From a virus (lineage: Duplodnaviria; Caudoviricetes): a stretch of 37,018 nucleotides of DNA. Location: positions 1 through 37,018 of IMG/VR virus record IMGVR_UViG_3300005713_000010. One strand, given 5' to 3'. The position numbers were made by a program, and so were the translations under genes. This document shows, in pieces, positions 1-10,151 of the stretch; within the stretch, counting starts at the first letter, position 1; each line of letters opens with the position of its first letter. Under the pieces are notes generated by a model, which saw only the letters and a list, made by a program, of their open reading frames with translations, was not told the DNA's origin and searched no databases.

Positions 1-1
1 G

Positions 2-1471
2 TACGCCGCGCTTATCCTTCGTCGGACGTTTCAAGACTTATCGAAGCCAGGCGCTTTGCTCGACCGCGCGCGCGAGTGGTTGACCGGATCGGGGGCCAGA
101 TGGAATGAGCAGAAGAAGCAATGGAGATTCCCCTCCGGCTCTGTCCTGGCTTTCGGCTATTTGGAGCAGGACCCGGACGTTTATCAGTACGCCTCCGCGG
201 AGTATCAATACATTGCCTTCGATGAGCTGACCCAATTCTCAGAGCGGCAATATACGTTCTTGTTCTCTCGCCTCCGTCGCCTTGTAGACGCCGACGTTCC
301 GCTACGGATGAGGAGCGCCAGTAATCCGGGCGGCATTGGCGCAGAATGGGTGCAAGAGCGCTTTATTCCCGAGGATTGGACGCCTGATATGGGCAGGGAA
401 CTAAAGGCGCACGAGAAAGCCGGCCGCATCTTCGTGCCTGCGCGCTTGGTTGATAACCCATACCTTGACCAGGCCACCTACACGCAATCGCTCGCCGAGC
501 TTGATGATGTGACGCGCGCGCAGCTACTAGAAGGCGACTGGGAAGTAAGGGAGCGCGGTAACATCTTCCCGATGTTCGAGGATGGCCTGCGATCACGGCA
601 CGTCATCACCTGGGGCGAATTCGCGAGGGTCTACAAACAACGGCGCGTTCCGGAGCATTGGCGACGGGCCTGCGGTCATGATTGGGGATCTACTGATGGC
701 CATCCTGCGGTTGTCAGCTTGATCGCCAGGTCCGCCGCCAATTCAGGCCTGCCGGGTCTATATTTCCTGTACTGGGGCAGGACCTTCAAGCAAGCGCTCG
801 TCGACCACGTGGCGGAGACCATACAGGCGGAGACCAGGCCTTACCACGGCGCGATTGAGCTATGGCGAATGAGCCATGAGGCTAAGTCGGAGAGCGACAC
901 ATACAAGGTCAAGTTTGGGCTTCCGTTCCAGCCGATGCGCTCAGGGAAGACGGAGGGGATCGCGCAGATTCGCCACATGCTCCGGATCAGGGAGACCGAC
1001 AAGCCGCACCCATTCAAGCCAAATTTGCTGGGCCGTCCGTTGCTGTATTTGGTTGTTGATGATGCAGAGATAGTCAACCCAAAGACAGACGCCGGCCTGG
1101 CTCGTCACCGGGGCGAGTTTTCGGCGTACCGCTTCGCCGACACTCCGCCGACGCAGCAGCGAGGCCAGACAATACCAGTACCTTACAAGTGGTACGACGA
1201 CGCGATGGATAGCCTGCGCGGGATCTTCGCGGAGTGGGGGCCGAGCATTAAGCCAATGACCCTCGATGAGCAGATCACGGAGCGCCTGCCCGAGACGTGG
1301 CGTGACGAATACCTGTTAACATTGCCGCCGCCAATCGCGCAGGGATATTATGACGCGCGGCGTGATACGGTGGAGGAGATCAAGCAAGAATTGATAGGTA
1401 GGCGACGGCCGAAGACGCGTGATAGCGAGTTGACCGAAGACGTTGAAGGATCAGTTGAGGACGTTTTTTAG
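2..1471 (+). CDS. terL: Terminase large subunit, 5'-truncated by the window edge
   Basis: Frame is open from position 2 (YAALILRRTFQDL...). Walker B YIAFDELTQF, coupling motif SASNPGG, DNPYL...QLLEGDW, RNase H-like nuclease start GHDWG and C-terminal DDAMDSLR. Confidence 0.93.
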   Translation, partial: YAALILRRTFQDLSKPGALLDRAREWLTGSGARWNEQKKQWRFPSGSVLAFGYLEQDPDVYQYASAEYQYIAFDELTQFSERQYTFLFSRLRRLVDADVPLRMRSASNPGGIGAEWVQERFIPEDWTPDMGRELKAHEKAGRIFVPARLVDNPYLDQATYTQSLAELDDVTRAQLLEGDWEVRERGNIFPMFEDGLRSRHVITWGEFARVYKQRRVPEHWRRACGHDWGSTDGHPAVVSLIARSAANSGLPGLYFLYWGRTFKQALVDHVAETIQAETRPYHGAIELWRMSHEAKSESDTYKVKFGLPFQPMRSGKTEGIAQIRHMLRIRETDKPHPFKPNLLGRPLLYLVVDDAEIVNPKTDAGLARHRGEFSAYRFADTPPTQQRGQTIPVPYKWYDDAMDSLRGIFAEWGPSIKPMTLDEQITERLPETWRDEYLLTLPPPIAQGYYDARRDTVEEIKQELIGRRRPKTRDSELTEDVEGSVEDVF

Positions 1472-1479
1472 GGGGAATT

Positions 1480-1767
1480 ATGGCAGTACGAACACTAACC
1501 ATTGACGAGTATATCGAACTGGCAAAGAAGGCGATCGGGCGCGAGGACGGCGCGGCTGCGGCTGAATGCCGGCAGGTTCACCGGCTGTTGTGCGAAGGGC
1601 GCGAACCGGATGATCTGACGCCGTTAGAGCAGATATACGCGGTCGTTTTTAAGGGCGCCACGCTCTCGCAGATCGCGAATGACTACGGGTGGGAGCCTGG
1701 GGTAGATGTGCCGGAGACGAAGCCTGCGCAGCCGAAAGGTCCGAAGAGCAGGAAAGAAGAGGAATAG
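1480..1767 (+). CDS. Hypothetical protein (95 aa)
   Basis: G-rich RBS (agggggaattATG); tightly packed after terL. Confidence 0.7.
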   Translation: MAVRTLTIDEYIELAKKAIGREDGAAAAECRQVHRLLCEGREPDDLTPLEQIYAVVFKGATLSQIANDYGWEPGVDVPETKPAQPKGPKSRKEEE

Positions 1768-1769
1768 CT

Positions 1770-1964
1770 ATGCCAGCAGCTTATGAAGCGATGCGCGATA
1801 AATTTGCGCAATCAATGGGTTATGACGCCGCGCAGGGGAAGGCCGCACGGATTTACAACGCGAAACATCCTGGAGCGCCTGTAACGGGCAAGCATCACAG
1901 CGGCAACAAGGCGCACAAGAAGAAGACCACGGCAAAAATCTTGAGTTACGGGCGCAAAAAATAA
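1770..1964 (+). CDS. Small basic protein (64 aa, Lys/His-rich C-terminus)
   Basis: ATG at 1770 after gagga, preferred over the track start 1689; MPAAYEAMRDKF...KKKTTAKILSYGRKK. Confidence 0.7.
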   Translation: MPAAYEAMRDKFAQSMGYDAAQGKAARIYNAKHPGAPVTGKHHSGNKAHKKKTTAKILSYGRKK

Positions 1965-1973
1965 GGGGGAAAT

Positions 1974-2312
1974 ATGGCGTTAGCGCATGAAGAATTCAGA
2001 AACCACATCGGGCGAGGCCTGAGTGAGGCGAATCAGTTAATCAATTACACCGGTTCTGGCACGTATCAGGCCGCAAACACCACGATTCAGCAATGGAAGG
2101 ACAGCAACCGCGCTCAATTCGCATTGCCGAGCATCCATGAGACCGACAAGGCGCTTGCGGAGATCGCGAACCGGCACGTCGACAACCTCAACGCGATGGG
2201 GATCTACGGGCCGACGGAGGTGGCCGCGTCGAACACGACCGCCACATGGGAAGCGCAGTTTACGGCTCAAGATCCGACCTTCCCAGCCACCTATAATGGC
2301 AGCCGAGGGTAG
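1974..2312 (+). CDS. Hypothetical protein (112 aa)
   Basis: RBS aagggggaaatATG; abuts the next gene. Confidence 0.7.
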   Translation: MALAHEEFRNHIGRGLSEANQLINYTGSGTYQAANTTIQQWKDSNRAQFALPSIHETDKALAEIANRHVDNLNAMGIYGPTEVAASNTTATWEAQFTAQDPTFPATYNGSRG

Positions 2313-2738
2313 ATGCCTCTAGTTCTGTTGATTGCCCTGCTATTGGCTGGCATGGCTGCTTTCTGCTTCTGCTGTTGGCTACTGATCAAAGATAGGAAGT
2401 ATTGGCGAGATCAGTACCAGCAGCGGGACCAGGAAGCGAGAGCGAGAGAGCAACATCTATTTGACCAGCTTTTACGCCTGAAAGGCTTCAGAGCCACGAT
2501 TGAGCCGAACATGCCTCAGTCTGCCATAGCTCACGCGCCCGCGCTCGACGCTGAAGACCTGGCCATCATTGACGATCGGATCAACGAAAGGGTAGAGGCG
2601 GGGGTTTTAACTGCCTCTGAGGGGCATTTGTGGGCCAACCAGCTACGCCAGGGAAGCCTTACGCCGTCGCAGATCGAGCGCATGCTATTCAGCAGGCAAA
2701 GAAACGAATTCCCTGGCAGTGTCGCCGACATTGATTAG
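2313..2738 (+). CDS. Membrane-anchored hypothetical protein with coiled-coil segment
   Basis: N-terminal hydrophobic helix (LVLLIALLLAGMAAFCFCCWLLI) then Q/R/E-rich helix; stop overlaps the portal start. Confidence 0.65.
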   Translation: MPLVLLIALLLAGMAAFCFCCWLLIKDRKYWRDQYQQRDQEARAREQHLFDQLLRLKGFRATIEPNMPQSAIAHAPALDAEDLAIIDDRINERVEAGVLTASEGHLWANQLRQGSLTPSQIERMLFSRQRNEFPGSVADID

Positions 2739-5137
2739 TGGACAATACGCCGAACCTCGCACCGCTGCCGGAACTAGAACAACAGAAGCAGCAACCGCGC
2801 TATCTCAAGAAGGACCCGGTTGACTTCTTCAACGCGCAGCGGCAGGAGATGCGCCGCGAGGGCGAGACCGAGGAATGGATCAAGCGCATCATGGCCTCGC
2901 AGAAGAACGAATTCTACTATCGAGGCTATCAGCGACTCAGAAAAGCCGATCTCAGCAATACATGGCGGGTGGACGATCCGAAACCCGTTCACTTCATCCT
3001 CAACGAGTTTCAATTTTGGACCAACGTGAATGTCGCGAAGTGGATCGCGAGCCGCGTTGATTACCGCTTTTCAGGCCTCGGCGATACGCCAGATCAGGAG
3101 ATGGCGGCGGCCAAGCTAAGGAATATCGCAGCCAGCTACGACGCCAGGTACTGGAACCGGAGCCAGGTGATTAACGCCAGCAAAGCCGCGCAATTCACGG
3201 GCTCGTTGGTCGCATATGTCTTTTACGATCCGGAGGCGGAGGCAGGGAAGGCATACCGCCCCGTCACTGATCGCCGACCGGTAAAACTCGGTAACGACGC
3301 CTACCGCTGCGCGGATTGCGGGGGCGTCGGCGAACTCGAACCGGGGGCGGAGCCGGTCTGCGCTAATTGCCAGTCTCCCAACCTCGATGTGATCGCCGTT
3401 CCAGAGGTCGAAATGGAGGTCCAGACCGGGCAGGAGGAATACGAGACCGGGGATGTTTGCTGCGAGCTGATCAGCCTCTACAACATCAGGTGGAATGCGA
3501 AACTAGGGCTTGAAAACTCGCCAGTAGTGCTATGGGAAGAGGAGCATGACAAAGACGACCTGGAGGCCACCTATGAAGGTCTGGAAATACCGCAATCAAA
3601 GAATGACGACGTAGGATTGAGGGCGAAAGCGCAGCTCGAACACATCAACGAGCGGGATAGTACGCATGCTCGGCGCGTCACGCTCTCCCGGATGTGGATC
3701 GAGCCGAGGCGATACCAGCGAATCGAACTGGAAAAGCCAATAAAAACGTATGCGGGGGTTGAATTCCCGGCCGGCGTGAAGCTGATCGAGATTTTTCCCG
3801 ATGGAATCCACGTTATCATGATGGGAAATCTGATCGTGGACCTGTACGCCGCGGTCAAAAATGACGATCTGGTGTGGATGGGGTACCACACTAACGCCTC
3901 CGGCGGCTTACCACAGGGCGTCGACGCGATGTGCGAGCCTCAGCGGATGTCAAATACGGGACACAGCCTCTGGAATTTGTGGATGCGACACCACGCGTCG
4001 CCTCCGAAACGCTACAACCCCGAGTTAATTGACGCCGGGGACATGTCGGGCGATCCGCTGCGGCCGATTCCGATCAATTCTGCGAATCTGGGGCTCCGCG
4101 AAGGCGCCACAATGGAGAATGCGATCGTCGCCGACCTGCCTACGCCGTTCCCGCAAGGGATCTGGCAAGGGCTGGAGGCGATGAGAAACCTCATCCAGTT
4201 CGCGGCGAACGCCACGGAGTTCACCGAAGGCCTTCCGAACGTCAATAACGAGACTTTGGGCGGGGCCAGGATAGCTCAATCCCTGGCGCAGTCCATTTCC
4301 AGCACGGTTTTAGCTCAATTCGCCGATTTTCGCGTCGGCGTGATCAAGCGGACGCTCAAGAAGTTTCGGCAATACTGCTGGGATCAGCGGTATATCGAGT
4401 ATGCCGGGACTTACGGGCAGATTGAGGGCGAATATCTCTCATCAGTAGACATTCCGAACGAATTCGAGGTGGAAACGGTCCAGAATTCGTGGTTGCCGCG
4501 CACGGCGGAGCAGCGCCAGACCAATCTACAGGGCTTTCTAGCGGCGGTCGGCGGCCCACTCGGCATGATGCAGATGCCGCCAAAGCTACTCAGCGAATTT
4601 AGCGACATATATGACATTAAGTTTGGAGATGACATCTTCCCGATCGCGGTGAGGACCGCCAGATGGCGGATTAAGCAGATGGGCGCGCTCGTGCCACAGA
4701 TGCAGGCCTTACAACAGGTCACGGCGCCGCTCGGGATAGTCGAGGCCGAGCCGCAGATGGATCAGGCGACCGGAGAAATGGGGCTCGCGCCTGTTTCCGT
4801 CGGTCAGCAACTATTCAGCGCCTTACAACCACCATTCAACCCGCGAGAACGGGGACATATGGAGGTCGCGGAATATCTCTCAACCTGGCTAACCACAGAC
4901 GAGGGGCTGAACGCGCCTCCTGAACTGATAGAGGCGGTCGGAGTGTATCAGGACGCCTCTTTGCAGGCTCAGGCAATGCAACAAATGGCGTTGGGGGCGG
5001 TCTCGATGGCGGGTCAGCCGGCGCCGGTGGAAGGGGGCGGCGGTCCTTCTGGGTCTTCTGGGCCTCCTCAGAAGGCCAAACCATCGGGCCAGGGACCACA
5101 GGCGCAGGGCGGGGCATTGTCCGCCGGCGCAGGCTAA
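2738..5137 (+). CDS. Portal protein (podovirus/P22-like) with CxxC...CxxC insertion
   Basis: 799 aa between terminase and scaffold/capsid; NEFYYRGYQ near N-terminus, helical body, Q/M/P/G-rich tail; CADC...CANC at 3308-3370. Confidence 0.82.
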   Translation: MDNTPNLAPLPELEQQKQQPRYLKKDPVDFFNAQRQEMRREGETEEWIKRIMASQKNEFYYRGYQRLRKADLSNTWRVDDPKPVHFILNEFQFWTNVNVAKWIASRVDYRFSGLGDTPDQEMAAAKLRNIAASYDARYWNRSQVINASKAAQFTGSLVAYVFYDPEAEAGKAYRPVTDRRPVKLGNDAYRCADCGGVGELEPGAEPVCANCQSPNLDVIAVPEVEMEVQTGQEEYETGDVCCELISLYNIRWNAKLGLENSPVVLWEEEHDKDDLEATYEGLEIPQSKNDDVGLRAKAQLEHINERDSTHARRVTLSRMWIEPRRYQRIELEKPIKTYAGVEFPAGVKLIEIFPDGIHVIMMGNLIVDLYAAVKNDDLVWMGYHTNASGGLPQGVDAMCEPQRMSNTGHSLWNLWMRHHASPPKRYNPELIDAGDMSGDPLRPIPINSANLGLREGATMENAIVADLPTPFPQGIWQGLEAMRNLIQFAANATEFTEGLPNVNNETLGGARIAQSLAQSISSTVLAQFADFRVGVIKRTLKKFRQYCWDQRYIEYAGTYGQIEGEYLSSVDIPNEFEVETVQNSWLPRTAEQRQTNLQGFLAAVGGPLGMMQMPPKLLSEFSDIYDIKFGDDIFPIAVRTARWRIKQMGALVPQMQALQQVTAPLGIVEAEPQMDQATGEMGLAPVSVGQQLFSALQPPFNPRERGHMEVAEYLSTWLTTDEGLNAPPELIEAVGVYQDASLQAQAMQQMALGAVSMAGQPAPVEGGGGPSGSSGPPQKAKPSGQGPQAQGGALSAGAG

Positions 5138-5148
5138 GTTTTTAGATT

Positions 5149-6378
5149 ATGCCAGACGACAGCACAGGTGTGACCGCAGGCGCTCCGACTGCGCCCGGAT
5201 CTGGTCTGGATTCGGGTTCCGCTGACACCGGCGGACCAGGAGCAAGCGACCCAAATGCGCAGGGGACCGATCCCGGCGCGCCGGTAGCGGTAGAGGACGT
5301 GAACGGCGCCGACGCCGGCGTCGGGGGCTTCGGTATTTCCGAGGAGGAACTATCGCAAGCCCCGGAACAGTGGCGTGATAAGTTCAAATCGTTACTCAGC
5401 GGCTACAAATCACTCGAATCGGATCACAAACCGCTCAAAACCTGGGTGGATCAACGTGGGGGTCTTCAATATGTCCAGCCGGACATAGAGGCGTTCGACG
5501 GCCTGTTTTCAGAGAATATCGAGAGCAGGCAGCAAGCCTACGCCCACGTATACAACCAGGATGCGGGCGCCTTTGAGCGCATTATTACGGATTTCGCGAC
5601 CGACCCAATGGTGCAGCGGCGGGCGATAGAAAACATCTCGCCGCAGGCGCTATTACAGTATGTCCAGGAACTCGGACTTTTACCCGAACAATACTCGTCG
5701 AACATAGACGAGACTGTCTTACAGGCCATTCCGGCCGAGCTTCAGCAGGTTTTTAGACAACTGCCGGCCGAGGTTCGGGACGAATACATGCTGATGCAAC
5801 CGGGGGTCCGCAATTGGAATCTCCGGCGTGACGCCCAACTGCAAAACATCCAGTATGAGCAGAGCCGGACGGCGAATCAGCAGCGGGAACAGGCCCAATA
5901 CGAGCAAAAATCCAAGGTCTATAGCGATGTCCGCTCAATCATTCAGCAATCACTAGCCGAGAAGATCCCCGGCAACGATCAGGCGACACAGTTTGTACTA
6001 CAAGCGACCGAGACCGCGCTTTACCAAAGCCCGGAGGGCGCCGCGCTGTGGAACGAACTCGAAGCCCACATTGAGCGTGGGGAAGCCAGGGCGGTTCGTG
6101 AAAAACTGCCGCTGCTCGTCACCAAGGCGAAGGCCATAGCGACACAGCAAGCGGTCTGGCTGAATGAGCGAGAGAGTAAGGCGCGACAATTCGACGAATT
6201 GATGAGACTGAGCAACTACGATGACATCATCAGACACGTCAACCAGTTGCGCGGCGGTATGAAACAGCCGGGCCAGGGAGTAACACCCCAGCCCACTAAC
6301 GGCCATATACCTAAGCCGGAGATGGCCGGACAGTACGATACCGCTAACGTTCTCAGTTACTTTCCAGGACGCTCTTAA
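5149..6378 (+). CDS. Probable capsid scaffolding protein
   Basis: Acidic G/A/P/D low-complexity N-terminus, Q/E-rich helical body; lies between portal and capsid genes. Confidence 0.65.
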   Translation: MPDDSTGVTAGAPTAPGSGLDSGSADTGGPGASDPNAQGTDPGAPVAVEDVNGADAGVGGFGISEEELSQAPEQWRDKFKSLLSGYKSLESDHKPLKTWVDQRGGLQYVQPDIEAFDGLFSENIESRQQAYAHVYNQDAGAFERIITDFATDPMVQRRAIENISPQALLQYVQELGLLPEQYSSNIDETVLQAIPAELQQVFRQLPAEVRDEYMLMQPGVRNWNLRRDAQLQNIQYEQSRTANQQREQAQYEQKSKVYSDVRSIIQQSLAEKIPGNDQATQFVLQATETALYQSPEGAALWNELEAHIERGEARAVREKLPLLVTKAKAIATQQAVWLNERESKARQFDELMRLSNYDDIIRHVNQLRGGMKQPGQGVTPQPTNGHIPKPEMAGQYDTANVLSYFPGRS

Positions 6379-6381
6379 CCT

Positions 6382-6402
6382 CGCTATTACTTTCCAATAG
6401 CG
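6382..6402 (+). promoter_or_regulatory. Short stem-loop before the capsid RBS (possible 5' stabiliser/processing site)
   Basis: CGCTATT-acttt cc-AATAGCG inverted repeat, followed by gggggacaactATG. Confidence 0.3.
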
Positions 6403-6418
6403 CATTTGGGGGACAACT

Positions 6419-7711
6419 ATGCCTACAACACAGTATTCAAATACTGAAGTGTTCTTGCTACAGATGCAGGACAAGGAGGTTGCCCAGCAGTACCAGGACG
6501 AGGCGGTCTTTATTAATGAGGTCGCCGCGAGCATTCCCGGTCGTTGGGTCAACCAGAAAGGTTACGAGATAACCTCGGAATTCTCGCCCGACCCCTCACA
6601 CGGCTACATCACGGCGGGCGGGTCGGAGCCGACGGGCGGATCGAACGAGTACGCCAAAATGTACGTCGGCTATGCCCGATACCGAAAAACTCTCGAAATC
6701 ACGAACGACGACTACGATGACATGAACGGCGGCAATGAGGCGACTTTGGTCTCATACGCCGACAAGGTGGCCAGGATCAACGCGAGCGGCATGCGCGAGT
6801 GTGAGGAAGCCGCGATGGGCAACGGGACCGGCATTAAAGCAGTCGTCGGCACGGGTTCGACCACAACTAACATTGTTCTCACCACCACCCCGACGCTTAC
6901 GCCATTCACGAGTAAGGGCGCGCAGTTTCTCTACAAAAACCACCGTTACGCTCTGTACGACTCAAGCAACAACTTGCGCGAAGCCAACATTGTGGCGGCG
7001 GCGGTCGGCAAGCAGGGGACCACGCCATTTCTGACGCCGGTGACGACCCTCAGCGTCACGCCGGCGTCGACGGATTTCCTGGTCCTCTACGATCCCGGCT
7101 CAGGCTCGTCAATCAACCGCGTTCATCGCGGAGTACGCTACCTGGTTAATAACACGACGACGTTGTTTCAGGGACTCTTGCCGTCGCAGTACACAGAGCT
7201 GAAATCGCCGATGGAAGACCTCAACGGCGCCCCGCTCCAGCCGAGTACCGTCATGCGTCTCAAGAACAAAATCAAATACCGCAGGGGCATCAAGGCGGGC
7301 CAGGTGGCGGTGTTGATCCTCGGCGCATTGGCGCAGTTAGAAGCATACGCCCGCACCGGAATCAACTTTCTGCAATTGCAGGTCGGCCAGACCTGGGACG
7401 GGACCATCAACCAGGTTCGCATGGGCGATTCCAAGATCATGGAGACAACGACGCTCGATGAGGATTGCCTCTACTTCCTGAGCAAGCCGGACCTGAAGAA
7501 GATCGAGAAGCGCCCGTGGGGCTTTCTGAAGGACGGGACCGGGCACATTCTCAAGCAGAAGCAGGGCACGAACGGCGTTGGCGCCGATTCCGTGTACGGA
7601 AACATGGGGACCGATCTGAATTTCTACGTTAAGCAGAGATCGGCTCATGGGGCGATCGTCAGGGCCGCGCTAACCGACCTTTCAACGGAAGCTACCGCGT
7701 GGGCGGCGTAA
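6419..7711 (+). CDS. Major capsid protein (HK97 fold inferred)
   Basis: 430 aa after scaffold; strong codon bias; EEAAMGNGTG segment and C-terminal RSAHGAIV typical of capsid proteins; beta-rich insertion. Confidence 0.82.
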   Translation: MPTTQYSNTEVFLLQMQDKEVAQQYQDEAVFINEVAASIPGRWVNQKGYEITSEFSPDPSHGYITAGGSEPTGGSNEYAKMYVGYARYRKTLEITNDDYDDMNGGNEATLVSYADKVARINASGMRECEEAAMGNGTGIKAVVGTGSTTTNIVLTTTPTLTPFTSKGAQFLYKNHRYALYDSSNNLREANIVAAAVGKQGTTPFLTPVTTLSVTPASTDFLVLYDPGSGSSINRVHRGVRYLVNNTTTLFQGLLPSQYTELKSPMEDLNGAPLQPSTVMRLKNKIKYRRGIKAGQVAVLILGALAQLEAYARTGINFLQLQVGQTWDGTINQVRMGDSKIMETTTLDEDCLYFLSKPDLKKIEKRPWGFLKDGTGHILKQKQGTNGVGADSVYGNMGTDLNFYVKQRSAHGAIVRAALTDLSTEATAWAA

Positions 7712-7721
7712 GGAGAAAATC

Positions 7722-8012
7722 ATGGCAATTACATTTCGCAGAATAGACAATCCGGGGATGTTTGCAGACCTGGGATTTCGTGGCTTTGAGTCTCTTCAAA
7801 TGACCGGTGACGGCGCGGCGACAACTATATTAGTAACTCTTCCGGCCGATTCAGGGATAAAGACAATCAAAGGTTGTCTTGCCGGTTACGGCTTAGCCTC
7901 AAACAACATCCCAATTGCGGGGGTATCGTCATCGACAGGATTTACCATCACTTTCGCCGCCGCGCCCGCCGCCGTTACCTGGCAGGCGATTATCTGGGGA
8001 GATGGGAGGTAA
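7722..8012 (+). CDS. Small beta-rich virion protein, possible capsid decoration
   Basis: RBS aggag; immediately after capsid; similar to next gene. Confidence 0.55.
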   Translation: MAITFRRIDNPGMFADLGFRGFESLQMTGDGAATTILVTLPADSGIKTIKGCLAGYGLASNNIPIAGVSSSTGFTITFAAAPAAVTWQAIIWGDGR

Positions 8013-8015
8013 CTC

Positions 8016-8297
8016 ATGGCAATCACAGCAGTACGTCTATGGCCCAAAAGCCCGGAGATCATGCCTGACTATGGCGGACTCCTGGAGGAAATCTGGCAAG
8101 TGACTTTCGATGGCTCCGCCGGTTCCGTGACAATCCAGGCCCAGACCATGCGCTATGTCGTCGCCGCGAACTGCGCCGGGTCATCCAATAACATCACCTC
8201 CGCGCTCGCCACCGATACCGTGATCTTCACCTTTACCACAGGCCAGACGCCTGTGAACGGGGCGACCGCCCAGGCCTTCATCTACGGTCGAGAATGA
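8016..8297 (+). CDS. Small beta-rich virion protein, likely paralog of 7722-8012
   Basis: RBS ggagg; MAIT start, (G/F)DG motif, FTF...QA(I/F)I(W/Y)G end shared with previous gene. Confidence 0.55.
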   Translation: MAITAVRLWPKSPEIMPDYGGLLEEIWQVTFDGSAGSVTIQAQTMRYVVAANCAGSSNNITSALATDTVIFTFTTGQTPVNGATAQAFIYGRE

Positions 8298-9271
8298 AGC
8301 CAATAATCGAAAACCGAGTGGGGACTTCTCACCCACTTAACCGACAACCTTTCAAGGAAATCCAGCCCCAACCGTGTGATCTAAAGAACTTCCAAAGGGG
8401 GCTGACCCGCATGCTGGGCGTCGAGGCTCAGACCCGTAGGCCCTGGCTGCGCTGCATCTGGGCGCAGTCGCAGGATCACGACGAATGGGGCTGGATCGCC
8501 AAAGATTGGGATGATTATGGCGCCGCCGGCGCGGGCGAATGGCGCGCCCGCTATCTGTATTCGTCAGAACGAAAGTTCATTACTTCCGTAGACCCTACTT
8601 CCGGGGTTTCAACTCGACGCGAGGTGTGGGAAGACATTCCCCCGCCTCGCTTTGTTCTGGAACGCCTGATCCCTCCCGAGGTGGCGTGTCTCGGCTGGGA
8701 CACGCCGACGAGTCAAGAGGCCTGGATTCACCGCGCATTGACCGGGGAATACCTGGACCAGAACGGCGACCGATACAGCCCTAGAAAGCCATCCGGGGGC
8801 TATTACGTGCCCCTGGAATTCGATCACCCTGGCCGGATCGCCGGCGGAATGATCGCCGATCACGATAGCAAATGTTGTTTGAACGCCAAAAAAGACGATC
8901 TGATCTGTTACGGGTGGTACGCCGAGCCGGGCGCCGAGCATCTTTCGATGCTCGCCGCGGCGGTCTATCAGATCAAGAAACGGCGTGAACAAAAGCCGGG
9001 CATTATCACACATGAAGAACAGGCGAGAGCTATAAAGGCCTCGCGCGCGGGCGGAGAGCAATATTGGGGCGCGCTGCGCCGCCGATTGTCCCGAATCGTC
9101 CTGGAATCCCTGCGGACTCACGCCGGGATGCTCTCTCGAGATCCGACACGCCAGCAATGGGGAAAATACTCATTCACCGGCGGCCACAGTAAATCTGGCG
9201 CTACTCTGGAACAAATCAACAAATGGAGGAAAGAGAAACAACATGGACCCGATGGCAAGGGCGGCGTCTGA
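8294..9271 (+). CDS. Hypothetical protein (325 aa)
   Basis: ATGA overlap with upstream stop; Trp-rich; no recognised motif. Confidence 0.7.
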   Translation: MKPIIENRVGTSHPLNRQPFKEIQPQPCDLKNFQRGLTRMLGVEAQTRRPWLRCIWAQSQDHDEWGWIAKDWDDYGAAGAGEWRARYLYSSERKFITSVDPTSGVSTRREVWEDIPPPRFVLERLIPPEVACLGWDTPTSQEAWIHRALTGEYLDQNGDRYSPRKPSGGYYVPLEFDHPGRIAGGMIADHDSKCCLNAKKDDLICYGWYAEPGAEHLSMLAAAVYQIKKRREQKPGIITHEEQARAIKASRAGGEQYWGALRRRLSRIVLESLRTHAGMLSRDPTRQQWGKYSFTGGHSKSGATLEQINKWRKEKQHGPDGKGGV

Positions 9272-10151
9272 ACACTTCCACACTCCCCAACCGATCGTTG
9301 AAACCCTGACTTTCGAGGATGAACGCGTTAATCGCTATGTCTGGTATCCGGGCGAGGATCTACCCTGGCCGGAGATCCTGGGCGGCTGGATTCGGCGCTG
9401 CCGCGTAACTCCGATCGTCCCATTTCTGATCTGGGAGAGGATTAACGATGTCCCGGAGGACATGCGCAAAGCCGTCCGCCGGGACTGGATGGATCGCGAT
9501 CACCAGGAAGCCCAATACGAGGTCCGGCCGGCGGGCATCTTCGACGCCGTGATGGGGCAATACCATATATGGGGCTGCCGGGAATTGACCGCGCTCAAGG
9601 GGATGAGAACTGAAGAGGTCGCCACGCTCAATCTTGACGCCACATTCTGTCCCTGGCCGAGCAATGAAATTCCAAAGGCCTATTCCAAGATTGAAGCGCA
9701 TATCCGCGACGCCTGTCGCAATCTCAACGGAAATCAGCTTTTACAGAGCGTCGGCCGTGAGATGCTGGGATCAATATTCGCATCCCGCGCCTACGATCAG
9801 AAGATTGTGGACGAACTCGAAGCCCAGAAGGAGCCGAAATACAGCAATCCTATTTTTCGCGCTCTCGACCGGCTCGAACGTCGCCGGCGCGACCAGGCTC
9901 TAAACGACCTCGCGGCGGCTCAGAATAAGGTCTTCGATAAGGTGCCCGAGATTCTATCGGCGAAGGGCGCCGGTATGGACCCGGCGATTACAGAACTGCT
10001 CAAGGGACAGCAACAGCAAATAGACCTGTTGACACGCATGCTCGCCGATAGAAAAGTATCCAAACCACAGCTAAGGCGGCGCCGCCGCCTTCAGACTGAA
10101 ACCGTAGATGCCAAACACCTACCGCGAACTGATCAGCCAGATCAGACTTAA
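9243..10151 (+). CDS. Hypothetical protein (302 aa)
   Basis: ggagga upstream; helical C-terminus; no recognised motif. Confidence 0.7.
   Translation: MDPMARAASEHFHTPQPIVETLTFEDERVNRYVWYPGEDLPWPEILGGWIRRCRVTPIVPFLIWERINDVPEDMRKAVRRDWMDRDHQEAQYEVRPAGIFDAVMGQYHIWGCRELTALKGMRTEEVATLNLDATFCPWPSNEIPKAYSKIEAHIRDACRNLNGNQLLQSVGREMLGSIFASRAYDQKIVDELEAQKEPKYSNPIFRALDRLERRRRDQALNDLAAAQNKVFDKVPEILSAKGAGMDPAITELLKGQQQQIDLLTRMLADRKVSKPQLRRRRRLQTETVDAKHLPRTDQPDQT

Noticed and set aside
2313-2738. Spanin or holin
   Set aside because: TM plus coiled coil is compatible, but no nested lipoprotein gene or endolysin was recognised nearby.
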